Assembly (NCBI RefSeq): GCF_001194135.2
Contig: NC_068994.1
Location: forward strand, 53,998,208 to 54,052,628
Length of the DNA: 54,421 nucleotides
Origin: Octopus bimaculoides
Lineage: Eukaryota
Direction of reading: 5' to 3'
Positions 42,490 to 54,421 of the stretch are shown here, piece after piece. Below the pieces are notes generated by a model that worked only from the letters and a program-made list of their open reading frames with translations, had not been told where the DNA came from and searched no databases. How positions within the stretch are numbered: position 1 is the stretch's first letter; each line of letters starts with the position of its first letter. Position numbers and translations under genes: made by a program.

Positions 42490-45400
42490 TTGTCAGAGAC
42501 GTCTCAAAAAGTTTGTCAAAGTAGTAGCGCCTTTACAACAAAAAAAAAAGAGTTTGTATTTTAAATAGTATATTTACCAAAACACTTGATTTGGGCAGGC
42601 CAATAAGATATCCAACTCTGTTAAAATATTTCAATTTCTTGCCAACACTACTTTGGGTGTCAATTACATAATTTGACCCTATTCCAGATACTGAATTTAA
42701 CAGCAGGATCTATTTTTCTTTTCTTTTTTTTTTCACAGAATATATTTCCTTTTTTTTCTTTTTCAAATATTTCGTGTTGAATTTTCACAAAAATCGTTCC
42801 AATTAGTTTTTTTTGTTTTTCCTTTTTGATTTAGAAAGAAAATCTTTCTGATATAATTGTGAAATGATTTTTTTTTTCCTTTGTGTCAATTTCGTCAAGA
42901 AATATAATAAAAATTATAAAGTATATATGTACAACAAATGTATAAATTCCTTTAAAATAATTTCAATTCGCCAGCAAAATTAATTAGTGTAAATTGCATC
43001 AGAATGAACCAGATGTGATCTATTAGCAAGATTTTGTTTTCCTTATTTTAAAAATTTTATAGACTCAACGTATATTATTTTAACAGATTCGATTTTTTCC
43101 TTCCATTTAAATCATTTATATAAGTTATGTTTAAGTAGTAGGAACTTAAACGAAAATAATAATAATGATGATGGTTTCTTTATAATAAAATAATAATNNN
43201 NNNNNNNNNNNNNNNNNNNNNNNNNNNNNNNNNNNNNNNNNNNNNNNNNNNNNNNNNNNNNNNNNNNNNNNNNNNNNNNNNNNNNNNNNNNNNNNNNNNN
43301 NNNNNNNNNNNNNNNNNNNNNNNNNNNNNNNNNNNNNNNNNNNNNNNNNNNNNNNNNNNNNNNNNNNNNNNNNNNNNNNNNNNNNNNNNNNNNNNNNNNN
43401 NNNNNNNNNNNNNNNNNNNNNNNNNNNNNNNNNNNNNNNNNNNNNNNNNNNNNNNNNNNNNNNNNNNNNNNNNNNNNNNNNNNNNNNNNNNNNNNNNNNN
43501 NNNNNNNNNNNNNNNNNNNNNNNNNNNNNNNNNNNNNNNNNNNNNNNNNNNNNNNNNNNNNNNNNNNNNNNNNNNNNNNNNNNNNNNNNNNNNNNNNNNN
43601 NNNNNNNNNNNNNNNNNNNNNNNNNNNNNNNNNNNNNNNNNNNNNATTCCAAATTTAGCCGAAATCTTGATGGGAAAACTCGCTTTATTTCTTCAACAAA
43701 GCGCATCCAATATTTCTAAGAATGGAGTTCTCATCATTGTTCGCAATTACATCTTACCTATTCCCTCACTCTATTATTGCGGTCTTGTAATTCTATCCAA
43801 TATTAAAAATTTCTGATTCCTTAATTATTATTATTATTATTTTTTTTTCGTTTAGCTTAAAAAGAATTTTTCAATTAAAACGAATATTCAAAAAGAGAGA
43901 GACAATGTGTTTTTTTTTTTTTTTAAGTATAAATTCTACAATGGGTAGCGATGGTGGATACCGAAGTTAATTGTTAAGAATAAATAAATAATAAATAACA
44001 ATATTATATGTTAAAAAAAAAAAATAACCAACTTAATTTAAGAATAATTCAATATTTCCTGTGCATTGTTGTCTGTCAGAAATAAATGTCATAGAGTCCT
44101 TTCCTTATTGCTAGTCTTGGGGCTTGCAAGCATTTAGGTTAATGAGAGAAAATGTATTAAAAGTTGTTAGGAATTAAACCTAAAAGAGACAATAGACCAA
44201 CAACTATACCATCATCATCAACTCATAAGGAAATATATACCAACGAGGGAGTCTCGACTTGCTAGATATAATAGCCAAATCTCCTTCGAATCATACTAAT
44301 AGTGTTTTAATAAAATGAAGGACACACTGAATAATGTAGTCCAAGATATACTGCTTCAGCGTCTTTTGATCGATCGCAGTACGGATCGATCTGGATTGAG
44401 CTGGGGTCTTTACAAAAAATACAAAAATTGTGGGTCAATACAAGGCGAGAAGAGAATATATGAAAAAAAAAAAAAAAACAGTAAAAGAGATAAGAAAACC
44501 GGCAAATTGATTGCTTTTTTTTTTTGTTATTTTGTTATTTTTTTCCCAATACTTCTTTTTGAGATATAAATGTGTGTGTGTATGCTATTGTTTTGTTTTT
44601 CTTCACAGCTTTTCGTTGTCTCTCCAGCTCCCAGACAGAAATCGGTAAAAATTCCCTGTCCCTGTCAGACGTCGTCGACAGCCAACAATAAAAATTAATC
44701 CATCCGAGAGTTGTTGAAACAAGAAATCAAATAAAAATCAAATAAAATGAAATCTTCAGTCGAGATGGCTACGAGAGCGGTAAAAGAAAAAAAAAAGAAA
44801 GAAAAATGCCCCCAAAAAAGGGACCTCGACAAGAGATACTACACAACGGCAATAACAAAAGAGTAATTAATAATAATAATAATTAATATAACTTTTGCTG
44901 CAGTTATTGTTTTAGTTGTTGCTATTGGCAGGATAAACACTTTAACCCTTTCTCTACTGTCACGTCATCAGAGTCTCGTTTTCTTCTATCTCTCTTCTTT
45001 TAAGCAACTTTTCTAACAGAACAAAGCACTGGATGTGTCTGATGTCTGGCGACTCCTTTCTTTTCACCCCTATTTTTTTTTTCTTAAAAAAAAAAATAAT
45101 AATCCTTGCTTTTCTTCTTATGTTAAATTTTTTTGCGGGGAGAAGAAAATAAAAGCACCAGTAATAGTATAGAGGCTTGATCCCTTTTTAAGGCATATAT
45201 ATGTGTATCAAATATATACACACACACACCAGATAGATAGATATAATATATGAGATATATAATATATATATGTATGTGTGTGTGTGTGTATAGTCAGTTG
45301 TCAGCCTATCACAGTTCACCTTCGTAGCAAATAAAACATTTCTAAATTAATGTCAACGCAAAGAGTCCTGCCAACAATTGGCTGGCTTATTGCGGACGGC

Positions 45401-45679
45401 AAGGGAGATAACTGCCGACGACTCTCATATCTCTTACTCTCTCTTACTTTCACTCTCTCTCTCGTCTTACTTTCTCACTGTTTCATTCTCTGTCTCACAT
45501 TCTCACTTTCTCGTTTTACTGTCTCCCTCTCCCTCTCACTCTCACTTTCTATATTCATCTCACACAAACTACGAAGAACAGGCACACACACAAACAGCAC
45601 GTACACACACAAAAAATAAAAAACACAAACAAATAAAATAATTATATATATATATACATATAAAACAAAAGCTAGAGCG

Positions 45680-45723
45680 ACGCGTTGATGACGTCACGCC
45701 AAAGCGGTGTCTTGTCACGTGAC
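45680..45723. promoter_or_regulatory. Compact promoter-like motif cluster: ACGCGT, CRE TGACGTCA, CGCCAAA, E-box GTCACGTGAC
   Basis: Motifs at 45680-85, 45689-96, 45697-703 and 45714-23 within 44 bp, in a CpG-rich patch in AT-rich DNA. Confidence 0.65.
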
Positions 45724-46619
45724 CGGTGTTAGATGATGGCCTCTACCACTGGCTACTATTTTTTTTCCCATTAGAAAGCAACTTCTTTCTGCTTCAAAAA
45801 AAATAATATCCACGTTTATATTTTACTTTCTATTTGATCTTTACTTTTTCTATACTGTTGATATATTGAGATTATAACGTCAAACGGAATTACCTTCTTT
45901 TTTTCCACCTGTCTGCTGTTTTAATAGTGAGTTTTCATTTGTTAATTTCTGTTTCCCTTGCCTGCAGTGAAAGGATCTTTCATAAATATACATCGTAGCA
46001 ACACCCCTATATATTTATATACGTATATATATATGTGTATATGTATTTCCCCAGTGTCCTATCTATTGATTATTATTGTTCTTTCTCGCTTTTTTTCTTT
46101 AAAAAAAGAAAGGAAAACGAAAATTTGCTCTGTCCTTATATTTTAATTCTTTAAAGTAAACAAATTTTTTCAGCTTCTACTTTTGCCCATTCCATTAAAA
46201 CGTTCCTTGGAACGATTTCAAAATAACAAATTGACACAACTCAAATATTGAATATCGGTCTCTAAGTAAATTTACTTATATATATAGTATGTGTTTATAC
46301 ATATATATAATATATACACTGATTTAGCATGTCTCTTTACAACTGCTATTGTTCCATATAGTTGTTGAATAAGTTGTATGCCTTAAGTAAGGAGGTCAGA
46401 GCAATTTAACACACATTTTAATACATATATATATTATGTATGTATATATATATGTATATATATTATGTATGTATCCTCAGGTTGTTATATACCTAGCCAA
46501 CGCCTTCTATGTTACTTGTGTCAATGGTCCCACGTCTGCAGCAATATTTACAATAGCCAACACTATGGAACATATGAAAGCCTTATATAAGTTGTACTTT
46601 TCCATTTTTATTTACTGTA

Positions 46620-46694
46620 TTACGTTGAATTTGTCGTGTCTGTTTGAATATTGTTGTTGCTTTCATTTTCGTAAAATTTTGCAAACCGGGATTT
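46620..46694 (-). CDS. Candidate orphan gene last exon (KSRFAKFYENESNNNIQTDTTNST*)
   Basis: TTCTTTCACAG acceptor, phase 0; TAA followed 8 nt later by AATAAA (46607-12). Confidence 0.45.
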   Translation of the reverse strand, partial: KSRFAKFYENESNNNIQTDTTNST

Positions 46695-47273
46695 CTGTGA
46701 AAGAAGTACAAAGGCCAGTATAATTTAAAGGATATATATATATATATATCCCAGTGTATTACTGGTACTTGTGTACTTGTTTTTTCAATCCTCAGTGGGG
46801 TGAAATCGAAAATCAATGGTAGTGGTATACGATCTTAGTATCGTACAGCTTGTATCGATATAAATAAACCACCACCACCACTGGTTTCGTTAGCAACAAT
46901 GTATCCACATTTTTTCCTCTTTTTGTATCCTGTAGTAACAAGTGAGCTGTATTAGTTGCGATTGTGGATTGAGAGATGTGATCCGTTTCGTTCCGTTTCT
47001 CCCTGCCATGACCTCAAGGTTACGGGCTCGTGTCCGTAAAATGGAAAGAAGCGGGTGTAAAGGTCCGTTACCACAGACGCAAACAGAACTGAAAAATCGA
47101 AGACGCGCCAAAACATCTTTTAGCCAAACTTGTAACCCTCCCGAGACCACGTGGTTTGAACACAAACCGATAGATTTGAAGAAAAAACTTCGTCTTTCTT
47201 GCAACTTTCTTTACTTCTCATCACCATGTTAAATGTGTTTCTGTTTTTGGTTTGAAAGTAGCTTATTACCCAC

Positions 47274-47365
47274 CTGTTCTCGAATGAAACTCGTGTTTCT
47301 GAGGAGCCAAACGAGGGAGGGAACCTTCCTCTCTACGTAGACACTCAACCTGCTGTATAACGAAT
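47274..47365 (-). CDS. Candidate orphan gene exon 2 (HSLYSRLSVYVERKVPSLVWLLRNTSFIREQ)
   Basis: TCTTTTTCCCAG acceptor, CAG|GTGGGT donor, 92 nt, phase 1 to 0, matching both neighbours. Confidence 0.5.
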
Positions 47366-47516
47366 CTGGGAAAAAGACTACAACAAACATATAAATAAGC
47401 ACACACACACACACACACATAACGAGAGAGAGGTATTCAGAAAGTTTTGATCTTGACCATGAAATTATTGTATATTCGCAGTCAATATTATGTTCGACTC
47501 AAAACTTTTGGAACAA

Positions 47517-47559
<43 letters not shown>

Positions 47560-47999
47560 ATTATATAAATAGTGTTGTGTACAAATCATTGTCAGTTAAT
47601 AAGTCACTTATAATATTTATTTCAAAATTAAATACGGCATTGTACTATACTAGCTGGAATTGTGAATTTATTTCCGTTCACTGATCTAACGGTCATATAT
47701 TTTTCAAAGCATATCCTATCGTCTTTATATGTAAGATGAAGGTAGTACAGATAAGATAATATAGTCTCAGATACGCTATATCTGAAAACAAGATTGGAAT
47801 GGGGTCACTTTTGAACGTAGAGCTGACTGATTCGGGAGTGGGTGTACCAAGCAACATAAACTAACAAGGAAGTTTGAAATCTCTCTCAAATAACACTGCA
47901 CCATCGTCAGACGGAAAGGAAATAACATATTAAATAGTGTTCCAGTCCCTCATTGCATAAGCTGGGATTGTCGCGTTTGAGTTTATCTTTACATCTCAC

Positions 48000-48150
48000 G
48001 GATGTTCTGGGATGCATAGTCAATGACGTTTCTGTGGTTTCGAAGGGGTTTCGGGTCTTTCAAGTCCCCGCTTGCATTCCTGCGGCAGGAAACCACTGGT
48101 TTGTCCTCTTTATCCAAAGCCACGTAAAGTTGTCCCGGTCTTAACAACAT
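48000..48150 (-). CDS. Candidate orphan gene exon 1 (MLLRPGQLYVALDKEDKPVVSCRR...DYASQNI)
   Basis: GC-enriched open frame (open from 48237); C|GTGAGA donor, phase 1. Confidence 0.45.
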
Positions 48151-48613
48151 ATAGAACGAATGGTTTATAGAATCGTAGTCACCCAGCCAGTATAACGCTT
48201 CTCTCAGTCTTCTTTTTCTTTTATGAGCTGAGACCACTTATCAGATATTTCAACTCTGTTGTACCCCCAAACAACATCTGTTTATTATCTGACTAATGGA
48301 AGTAACTGGTTTCTGGTTTAAACACAAACAAGCTATATACGTGTGCTTATGTATATGTACAGACGCACACACACACACAAAATACATGTAGTGTGTGTAT
48401 ATATACATATATAAAATAATATAAGTATGTGTAAATGAGTTAAGGGAAGTAACGGAGAGTTGGCTCGTGGCATGAATATAAAAGCAATAGACAAAAGTAT
48501 ATCGGATAACAAACAACATAAGTGATATAAAAGTATATCAGATATCATACAACATTTATGAAATTATTTTCTCTCTGAGAGGAAATAAACAAATGCCTTG
48601 TGGAAATTGCAGT

Positions 48614-48810
48614 CAACTCCAAATGAAAAGGGGTAATAATCACAAGAATCAGGAATTTCTGTGAAATTGCCATGCCATGAAGGAAAAGTCAGTCTAAATT
48701 GTCTGATCTTTGAGTATGTGTTTTCTGCCACAATAAGCATCTCCAGACAATCAAGACCGTCTTTTGCGATGGTGATTCTTGTGATTATCTCCCCTTCTCA
48801 TTTGGAGTTG
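48614..48810. mobile_element. MITE with 37-bp TIRs
   Basis: 48614-48650 vs 48774-48810, near-perfect reverse complement. Confidence 0.7.
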
Positions 48811-49548
48811 AAAGCTGTTGTTTATTCTCTTGAAGGGAAGACAATTAAATCCAGAATTTCTCTTGTATTTGATCTACCTTTATTTGTGTGTGTGTGTGTG
48901 TGTAATGTGCACACACACACACCTGTATATTTATGCATAAAATATATACTTGTGTGTGTATTATTTGTTTGCTTGTTTTATGTCTATTTCCCATGGTAGC
49001 ATGGTTAGATTAACCGTTATTATTGAGGCATTGCTTTACAGCCAGATGCTCCTGCAGTCACTAATTGTTACCTGTTTTTCCATATATGTGATATCTTGCT
49101 GTACATATTTCTGAAGGTGTGAAGACTCTGAATGAAGCCATTGATAGGGGGAGATGATAGCAACGTCACCTGCCATAGCTGTGCAGTTGAGTGTATGTTG
49201 AAACAAACGTGTGTATATGTGTGTCTGTGTATATATATATATGCACACACACATATAGATATGATGTTTCCTTCTACCAAATCCACTCACAAGGCTTTTT
49301 GCTAGGTTCAAGGCTGTAGTGGAAGACAATTATCCAAAGTGCTGTGCTGTGTTCTCCTCATTATAGGTACAGGGATGGCTCCGTGGTTAAGAACTTCACT
49401 TCCCAACTCCCCAAGTACATGATCTTGAAATCAGTTCCACTGTACAGCATTTTGGCTAATTGTCTTCTACTACAGCCTTGAAGCTAGCAAAAGCCTTGTG
49501 AGTGGATTTGGTAGAAAGAAACATCATATATAAGTATGTGTGCATGTG

Positions 49549-49588
<40 letters not shown>

Positions 49589-50253
49589 GTATTTAAAGTG
49601 TGTGTATAAATGTATTTTTTCATCTGTCATTTTGTGATGCATCAGGACATATTGTCAGTGAATGTATCTGTGGTCATTGGGTGTTTCATTTTTTTTCAAC
49701 CATCAAATACCCCAACTTGGGTCTAAATAGTGTTGCCTTCTTCAGGGTTCACATCTATTCCACAGACCACCATGAAGCAACCCTTGCTACCCAACATGAT
49801 AACCTTCCATGTACCGACCCTCAGTGATGCCCAGCATGTTGCAGGCTCTGAAGTGAGACTATATTGCAAACCCTTTGCTTCCCACCTCAATAAGATCACA
49901 CCTTGCTAACCACTGAGCCAGCCCTGATTAAACTGTCCAACCCATGCCAGCATGGACAACGGACTTGAGTGATGATGACGACATATACATACACACATAC
50001 ACACTCTAAATTATGTATATGTTTATACATATGTAATATATAATAAATCTATAACATTTTTATGTATTTGAATGACAAAAGAATAAGTATTGCATAATCA
50101 CTTAAAAAGTGATTATGTAATTCCTGTTCGTTTGTCGTTTCATTTATTGATAAACATTACACTTGCTACTGACCTGATGGTTTACAGTGAGCTACATTGA
50201 GTTCAGACAGTTGTTTATTAGTATTGCCATGGTGAAGCAGATCAATATATATC

Positions 50254-50501
50254 TAAAACATAAAAAGGAAATGAATGCTCAGGATGTTGTTAATCCATTT
50301 ATATCATGAAGGTCCTCTACATACGTTTTGATGGGTGCACTCCAAAATCTCATGAACCTCCTGAAGAGATTGGTGCACTGCTGACCGTTATTTATCCTGC
50401 CAGACATTTTAGAGTGCACCCGTTGAAAAATATATGTAGAGGACTTCATGATATAAATGGATTAACAACATCCCGAGCATTCATCTCCTTTTTATATTTT
50501 A
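50254..50501. mobile_element. Fold-back element, arms about 95 bp, carrying the hammerhead; probably Penelope-like-derived
   Basis: 50254-50348 is an imperfect reverse complement of 50406-50501. Confidence 0.7.
50350..50451 (+). ncRNA. Near-complete type I hammerhead ribozyme motif
   Basis: Stem I TCATGAA-CCTC / GAGG-(AC)-TTCATGA; core CTGAAGA 50361-67; stem II GATTGGTGCACT/AGTGCACCCGTT (11 of 12 pair); GAAA 50425-28; GTA triplet 50436-38; stem III degenerate. Confidence 0.7.
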
Positions 50502-50630
50502 ATATTTTCTACTAAATAAGTTTTATTATCCTGGGATTATTTCCTGGGACATTTAAGCAACTTTTAGCTATATTCTAATTGTCCTCTTGGATTTCTCCTA
50601 TTAATTGTAAACTATATATTATCATCATCA

Positions 50631-50673
<43 letters not shown>

Positions 50674-51479
50674 TGTGATGGTTTTGCAGCTTTAATAATA
50701 ATAAAGTATATTATATATATATATATGCATGCACATATAACGTTCATGTGTGTATTTGTTTAACATCTGTTTTTTCCATCCTGGCACAGGTTGGGGAGAG
50801 ATTTACTTGAAGTAGGATTTTATGGTTGGATGCTCTTCCTGTTGCCAACAGTTACTCTTCTTTTAATATGAGAGATTTTGTTTTCTACATCTCACAGGTT
50901 GCTGAAAAATGTAGAGTAACTGGTTTTGATGCCAGTAAGGAATATAAACAGTGACAAACACGCCAAATCAGATTGGAACCTGGTACAGCTCTCCGGCTTA
51001 CCAGTTCCAGTCTAACCTATGCCAGCATGGATGTTAAATGACGATGATGATGATGGTGAGAAAGGATCTTCAGACTTTTGGCCTCACAGGAAATGACAAG
51101 GGACCGAGACTTCTGGCAGTTTGCTGTGGTTGAGAAGACACATCAGGCTAAGTAAAACTGTGGCCATCCATACATACAGGCATGTCCTCGCCATCCCTCT
51201 CTCAGCTGAAAGGGTCTTGCTCTGAAGGCTTGCAGGTGCTGGTGTCACGTAAAACACTCATGGCGGTACCACATAAAAGCACCCTTACTGGTACCACGTA
51301 AAAAGCACCCAGTACACTCAGTGAAGTGGTTGGCATTATGAAGAGCATCCAGCCGTAGAAACCATGTTAAGGTAGACAATTGGAACCTTGTCAGCTCTTC
51401 TCAAAGCATTCAACCCATGCCAGCATGGATAAAAAGATGTCGATGATGATAGTTAAATACTTATAGGCAAGACATTCCA

Positions 51480-53150
51480 GGCATGTCAAAGAGAACCTGT
51501 ACAAATAGCAATGGATGTAAAACAGTTCCCTAAAGGACACCCCTCAAAATTATTTCCTTTGAGAAAGTAAATTGGGCTGCAATTTCCTGACTTCGTATTT
51601 TTTAAAACGTTTTGTAGTTCCCACTCCAGGTTTTCCAATTATTCTAACGCTGCACTGTTTGCAACATATCATACCACCATCAACTTTATTATCTTCACAA
51701 TGTCAAGACACATCATATACATGTCTGAATGGTTGAGCAGCTGTTTCAACATCCTGTAATAATTCTGTAGAAGCCGTGTGAGGTGGAAGCTTCCTGGACA
51801 GAGAAGCCATGCTGTGTGTTGTTTAGCAAGTAATTTCCTTCTTCTAAGTCCATGGTCAGTTTCCCTCTAATAATTCATCCCACAACTTCATTTATATGTG
51901 AAATCAAAGGGATGGGGCAGATTATGCTTTCTTTTGATCTTTTTGTTTTTGAATTTGCTATGTGCAAGGAAGTTTTGGGAAAGTTTCTCAACTGGTTTTC
52001 CAAAACCTGTTCACGTGTTTTTAAGAGAACTGATGATGTAATGCTTATATATTCACATTGTTTTGAATTAATCATGCATTATCTTGTAGCTTTGCGATTT
52101 CAATTGACTGACTCTATATTTTTAAAACTAACATTGTAGGGTAGGTGTGAGAGGCTGGATCTGGCCAGTTTTAACATAAAACAAGAAGAATAATTGGGCT
52201 GGGTTTGGCCAGTTTAAATGCTAAAAGGTTAAATTGTTCATTCAAAATTTAATTTATCATTTTGGGGTCTGCTCTCTGTGATCTATTTCTTTGGAATAAT
52301 GCCCTTATTTTGTAATGTACTGAGGGGAATTCTTTTGCATACAAGTTTTTAGAATTGGTTGTTAAATTTTCTACAGGTTTGGTTGTTTTTTTTTTCTAGT
52401 TTCTTAATTTTTGGGGAGTGGCAATTTGTTCTCAGTTTCTAGGAATGTCCTTTTTAAATCAGATTTTTCACTGTCCTTGAGTTTTTCATTTAAGCAATTT
52501 CAAACCTTTGTTCTTTGTCTCATAACAATTTTTCTGTCTCTGGGAATTAAATTTTTGTATGTGTTGATCTTCCTTTCTGGGACATGTTTAATGCATATGG
52601 CTTGCATTATTGACATAGATTGCTCAAGCTTTTTGTTATTATTTTTGCATTGAGGAACATTCGTGCTAGTTTTGTTTAAGCATCTCATTTTTAATCAAAT
52701 TCCAGTTGGCTTTGTGGAAGTTAAAAAACAGGATAGTGATCTGGAGCTTTGTGTGGGGTGAATATCTCTAGTTTTCATTGGCCCATGCATTCTAAGTTCT
52801 GTTATTTTATATTTGACATGACTTGAGTTTCTTATCGTTTGTGAAACTGAGATCCAAAATGTCCTTGGTTGGGGCTACAGTATTACATGTCCCAAGAACA
52901 GCATATTTGAAAGGTCAAGTAGAAATTTTGCTTGTCTTTGTTGTTGCAGTGACAGACCTAAAGTGAATATGGCTTTTGGGCCATTTGGCATTGAGGAAGT
53001 TGATATCATTCGCTAAAAGCAAACTGGAGTGTCAGTCTAGTTTGCTGAAAAGCTCTTCTGCCTTTCTGAAGCTAACCTCAGGTCCTACCGTCATATTTTA
53101 AAGCATCTGGTGGATAAATGCTGTGGATATGTTTATAACTACATAGTTGC
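51480..53150 (-). pseudogene. Decayed CR1-like LINE ORF2 (endonuclease to reverse transcriptase)
   Basis: Degenerate ILDLSFTND, SDHYP, FHKANW, KHVPERK..IPRDRKIVMR, NSKNLYAK, PIPLISHI, QHGF, GVPxGTVL.PLLF; split by a TTAA-type MITE end near 52130-52230. Confidence 0.8.
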
Positions 53151-53276
53151 TTTATGTGTAATTATAGTGCATCACAAACTGTGTTTAAGTGTGACAGCAT
53201 GATTGTGTTATATTTTTACAAATGCACCTCATGGTAACTTCTTCATGGCTTCCCTGTCATGAGAAAATTTAGTGTA

Positions 53277-53868
53277 CAGTAGTAATCCCTCAACTATTGC
53301 AGGTGTTCTGTTCTCAAACCCCCCGTGATAGGGGAAAATCCCCTAAGTAGAAACAGTTCTGTAATTTTTATTCTTTTATTTGCTTGTCATTTGACTGCGG
53401 CCATGCTGGAGCACTGCCTTTAGTCGAGCAAATCGACCCCAGGACTTATTCTTTGTAAGCCTAATACTTATTCTATTGGTCTCTTTTGCCAAACTGCTAA
53501 GCTACGGGGACGTAAACACACCAGCATCGGTTGTCAAGCGATGTTGGGGAGACAGACACAAACACACACATATATATATGTATATATATATATGACGGAC
53601 TTCTTTCAGTTTCGTCTACCAAATCCAATCACAAGGCTTTGGTTGGCTTGAGTAGAAGACACTTGCCCAAGGTGCCATGCAGTGGGACCGAACCCGGAAC
53701 TATGTGGTTGGTAAGCAAGCTACTTACCACACACCCACTCCTGCATACTGCATATTTTAAAAAATTATTTTTATAATTTGTATATATTTTATTATAAATG
53801 CAAAACAACACCACGGAGGAATCGACATAAGCTTAAATAATAAACCGCAATATGGCGAGGGAATACTG
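53277..53868. mobile_element. pogo/Tigger-like MITE interrupted by a SINE
   Basis: TA-flanked ends CAGTAGTAATCCCTC...ATTGCAGG and CCGCAATATGGCGAGGGAATACTG; SINE at about 53378-53745 inside. Confidence 0.55.
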
Positions 53869-54421
53869 TATACACATACATATAGACACTCACATACATA
53901 TATATATATATATAAATAAACACGTGCGCACGACAGACTTTTTTTAAGCTTCTGTTTACCAAAACCACCCACAAGGCTTTGGGGCTATAGTAGAAGACAC
54001 TTGCACAAGGTGCCATGCAGTCGTTAGTTTGAACCCAGAACCAAGTGGTTTTGAAGCTCCCGCCTCTGTGGGTGTGTATATTATATATATATATATATGT
54101 CTACGTTTTGTTTGCAATGTCCTGTACCCAGATATGCACCTATATATACAGGTAGACGTAGGTATGCACATACCTGTACGTATATATGCATATACTCATT
54201 TATTATTTGTTTTACATGATCGAACGCCTGCGTCATCCCTGTTGTAAGTAGTTTTTTCAACTTTATATTTTCTGACGCGACTCTATCTCTTTCTCTATCA
54301 CTTTTTCCCCCTCTCATTCTTCCTCTGTTACTACTACGTATCTCTCTTTACCCCTCTCGTTCTTCTTTCTGTTACTACTATATCTCTCTCTTCCTCTCTT
54401 TCTTTCGTTGCTCACCTATTC

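Noticed and set aside
41472-42568. Cys/Val-rich ORFs overlapping the octapeptide gene
   Set aside because: Antisense or shifted shadows of the 24-nt repeat; the minus 376-aa frame has the acceptor, start context and coherent period.
44945-44972. Minus-strand CTGATGA...GAAA
   Set aside because: Intervening 12 nt cannot form stem II.
46436-46723. Plus-strand ORF VVIYLANAFYVTC...
   Set aside because: No recognisable homology and overlaps the better supported minus-strand terminal exon; not excluded without RNA data.
48080-48200. FGF-like resemblance (YDS..HSFY...GQLYVALDKEDKP vs YNTY...YVALNKDGTP)
   Set aside because: Lacks the invariant CxFxE cysteine and the rest of the beta-trefoil; splice phases do not match FGF genes. 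A profile search would settle it.

Overview
Gapped eukaryotic scaffold: very AT-rich, dense in (TA)n/(CA)n/(GA)n microsatellites, six N-gaps. The SINE families and composition suggest an octopus/coleoid cephalopod (inference). Main gene: condensin I kleisin NCAPH (CAP-H/Barren) on the minus strand. I could chain 16 coding exons in frame from 31653 down to 13456 (651 aa seen); the penultimate exon is absent and probably lies in the 14160-14515 gap. Upstream are a CDE-CHR-type element (33287-33302) and an E2F/CHR-like element (34288-34300). At 41359-42489 (-) is an unrecognised 376-aa ORF built almost entirely of about 45 tyrosine-anchored 8-residue repeats (Y-S/N/G-T-P-Q-S-Q-M) with 24-nt periodicity. 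A compact CRE/E-box promoter-like cluster sits at 45680-45723, and a candidate orphan three-exon gene at 46620-48150 (-). The rest is TE debris: tRNA-derived SINEs, RTE, CR1, Dong/R4, mariner/DD37D, Mutator-, piggyBac-, Tigger- and hAT-like MITEs. Several fold-back elements carry hammerhead-ribozyme motifs: a near-complete type I hammerhead at 50350-50451, an inverted pair inside an NCAPH intron at 18725-18874, and a core at 6254-6276. All calls were made by eye; no database search was run.
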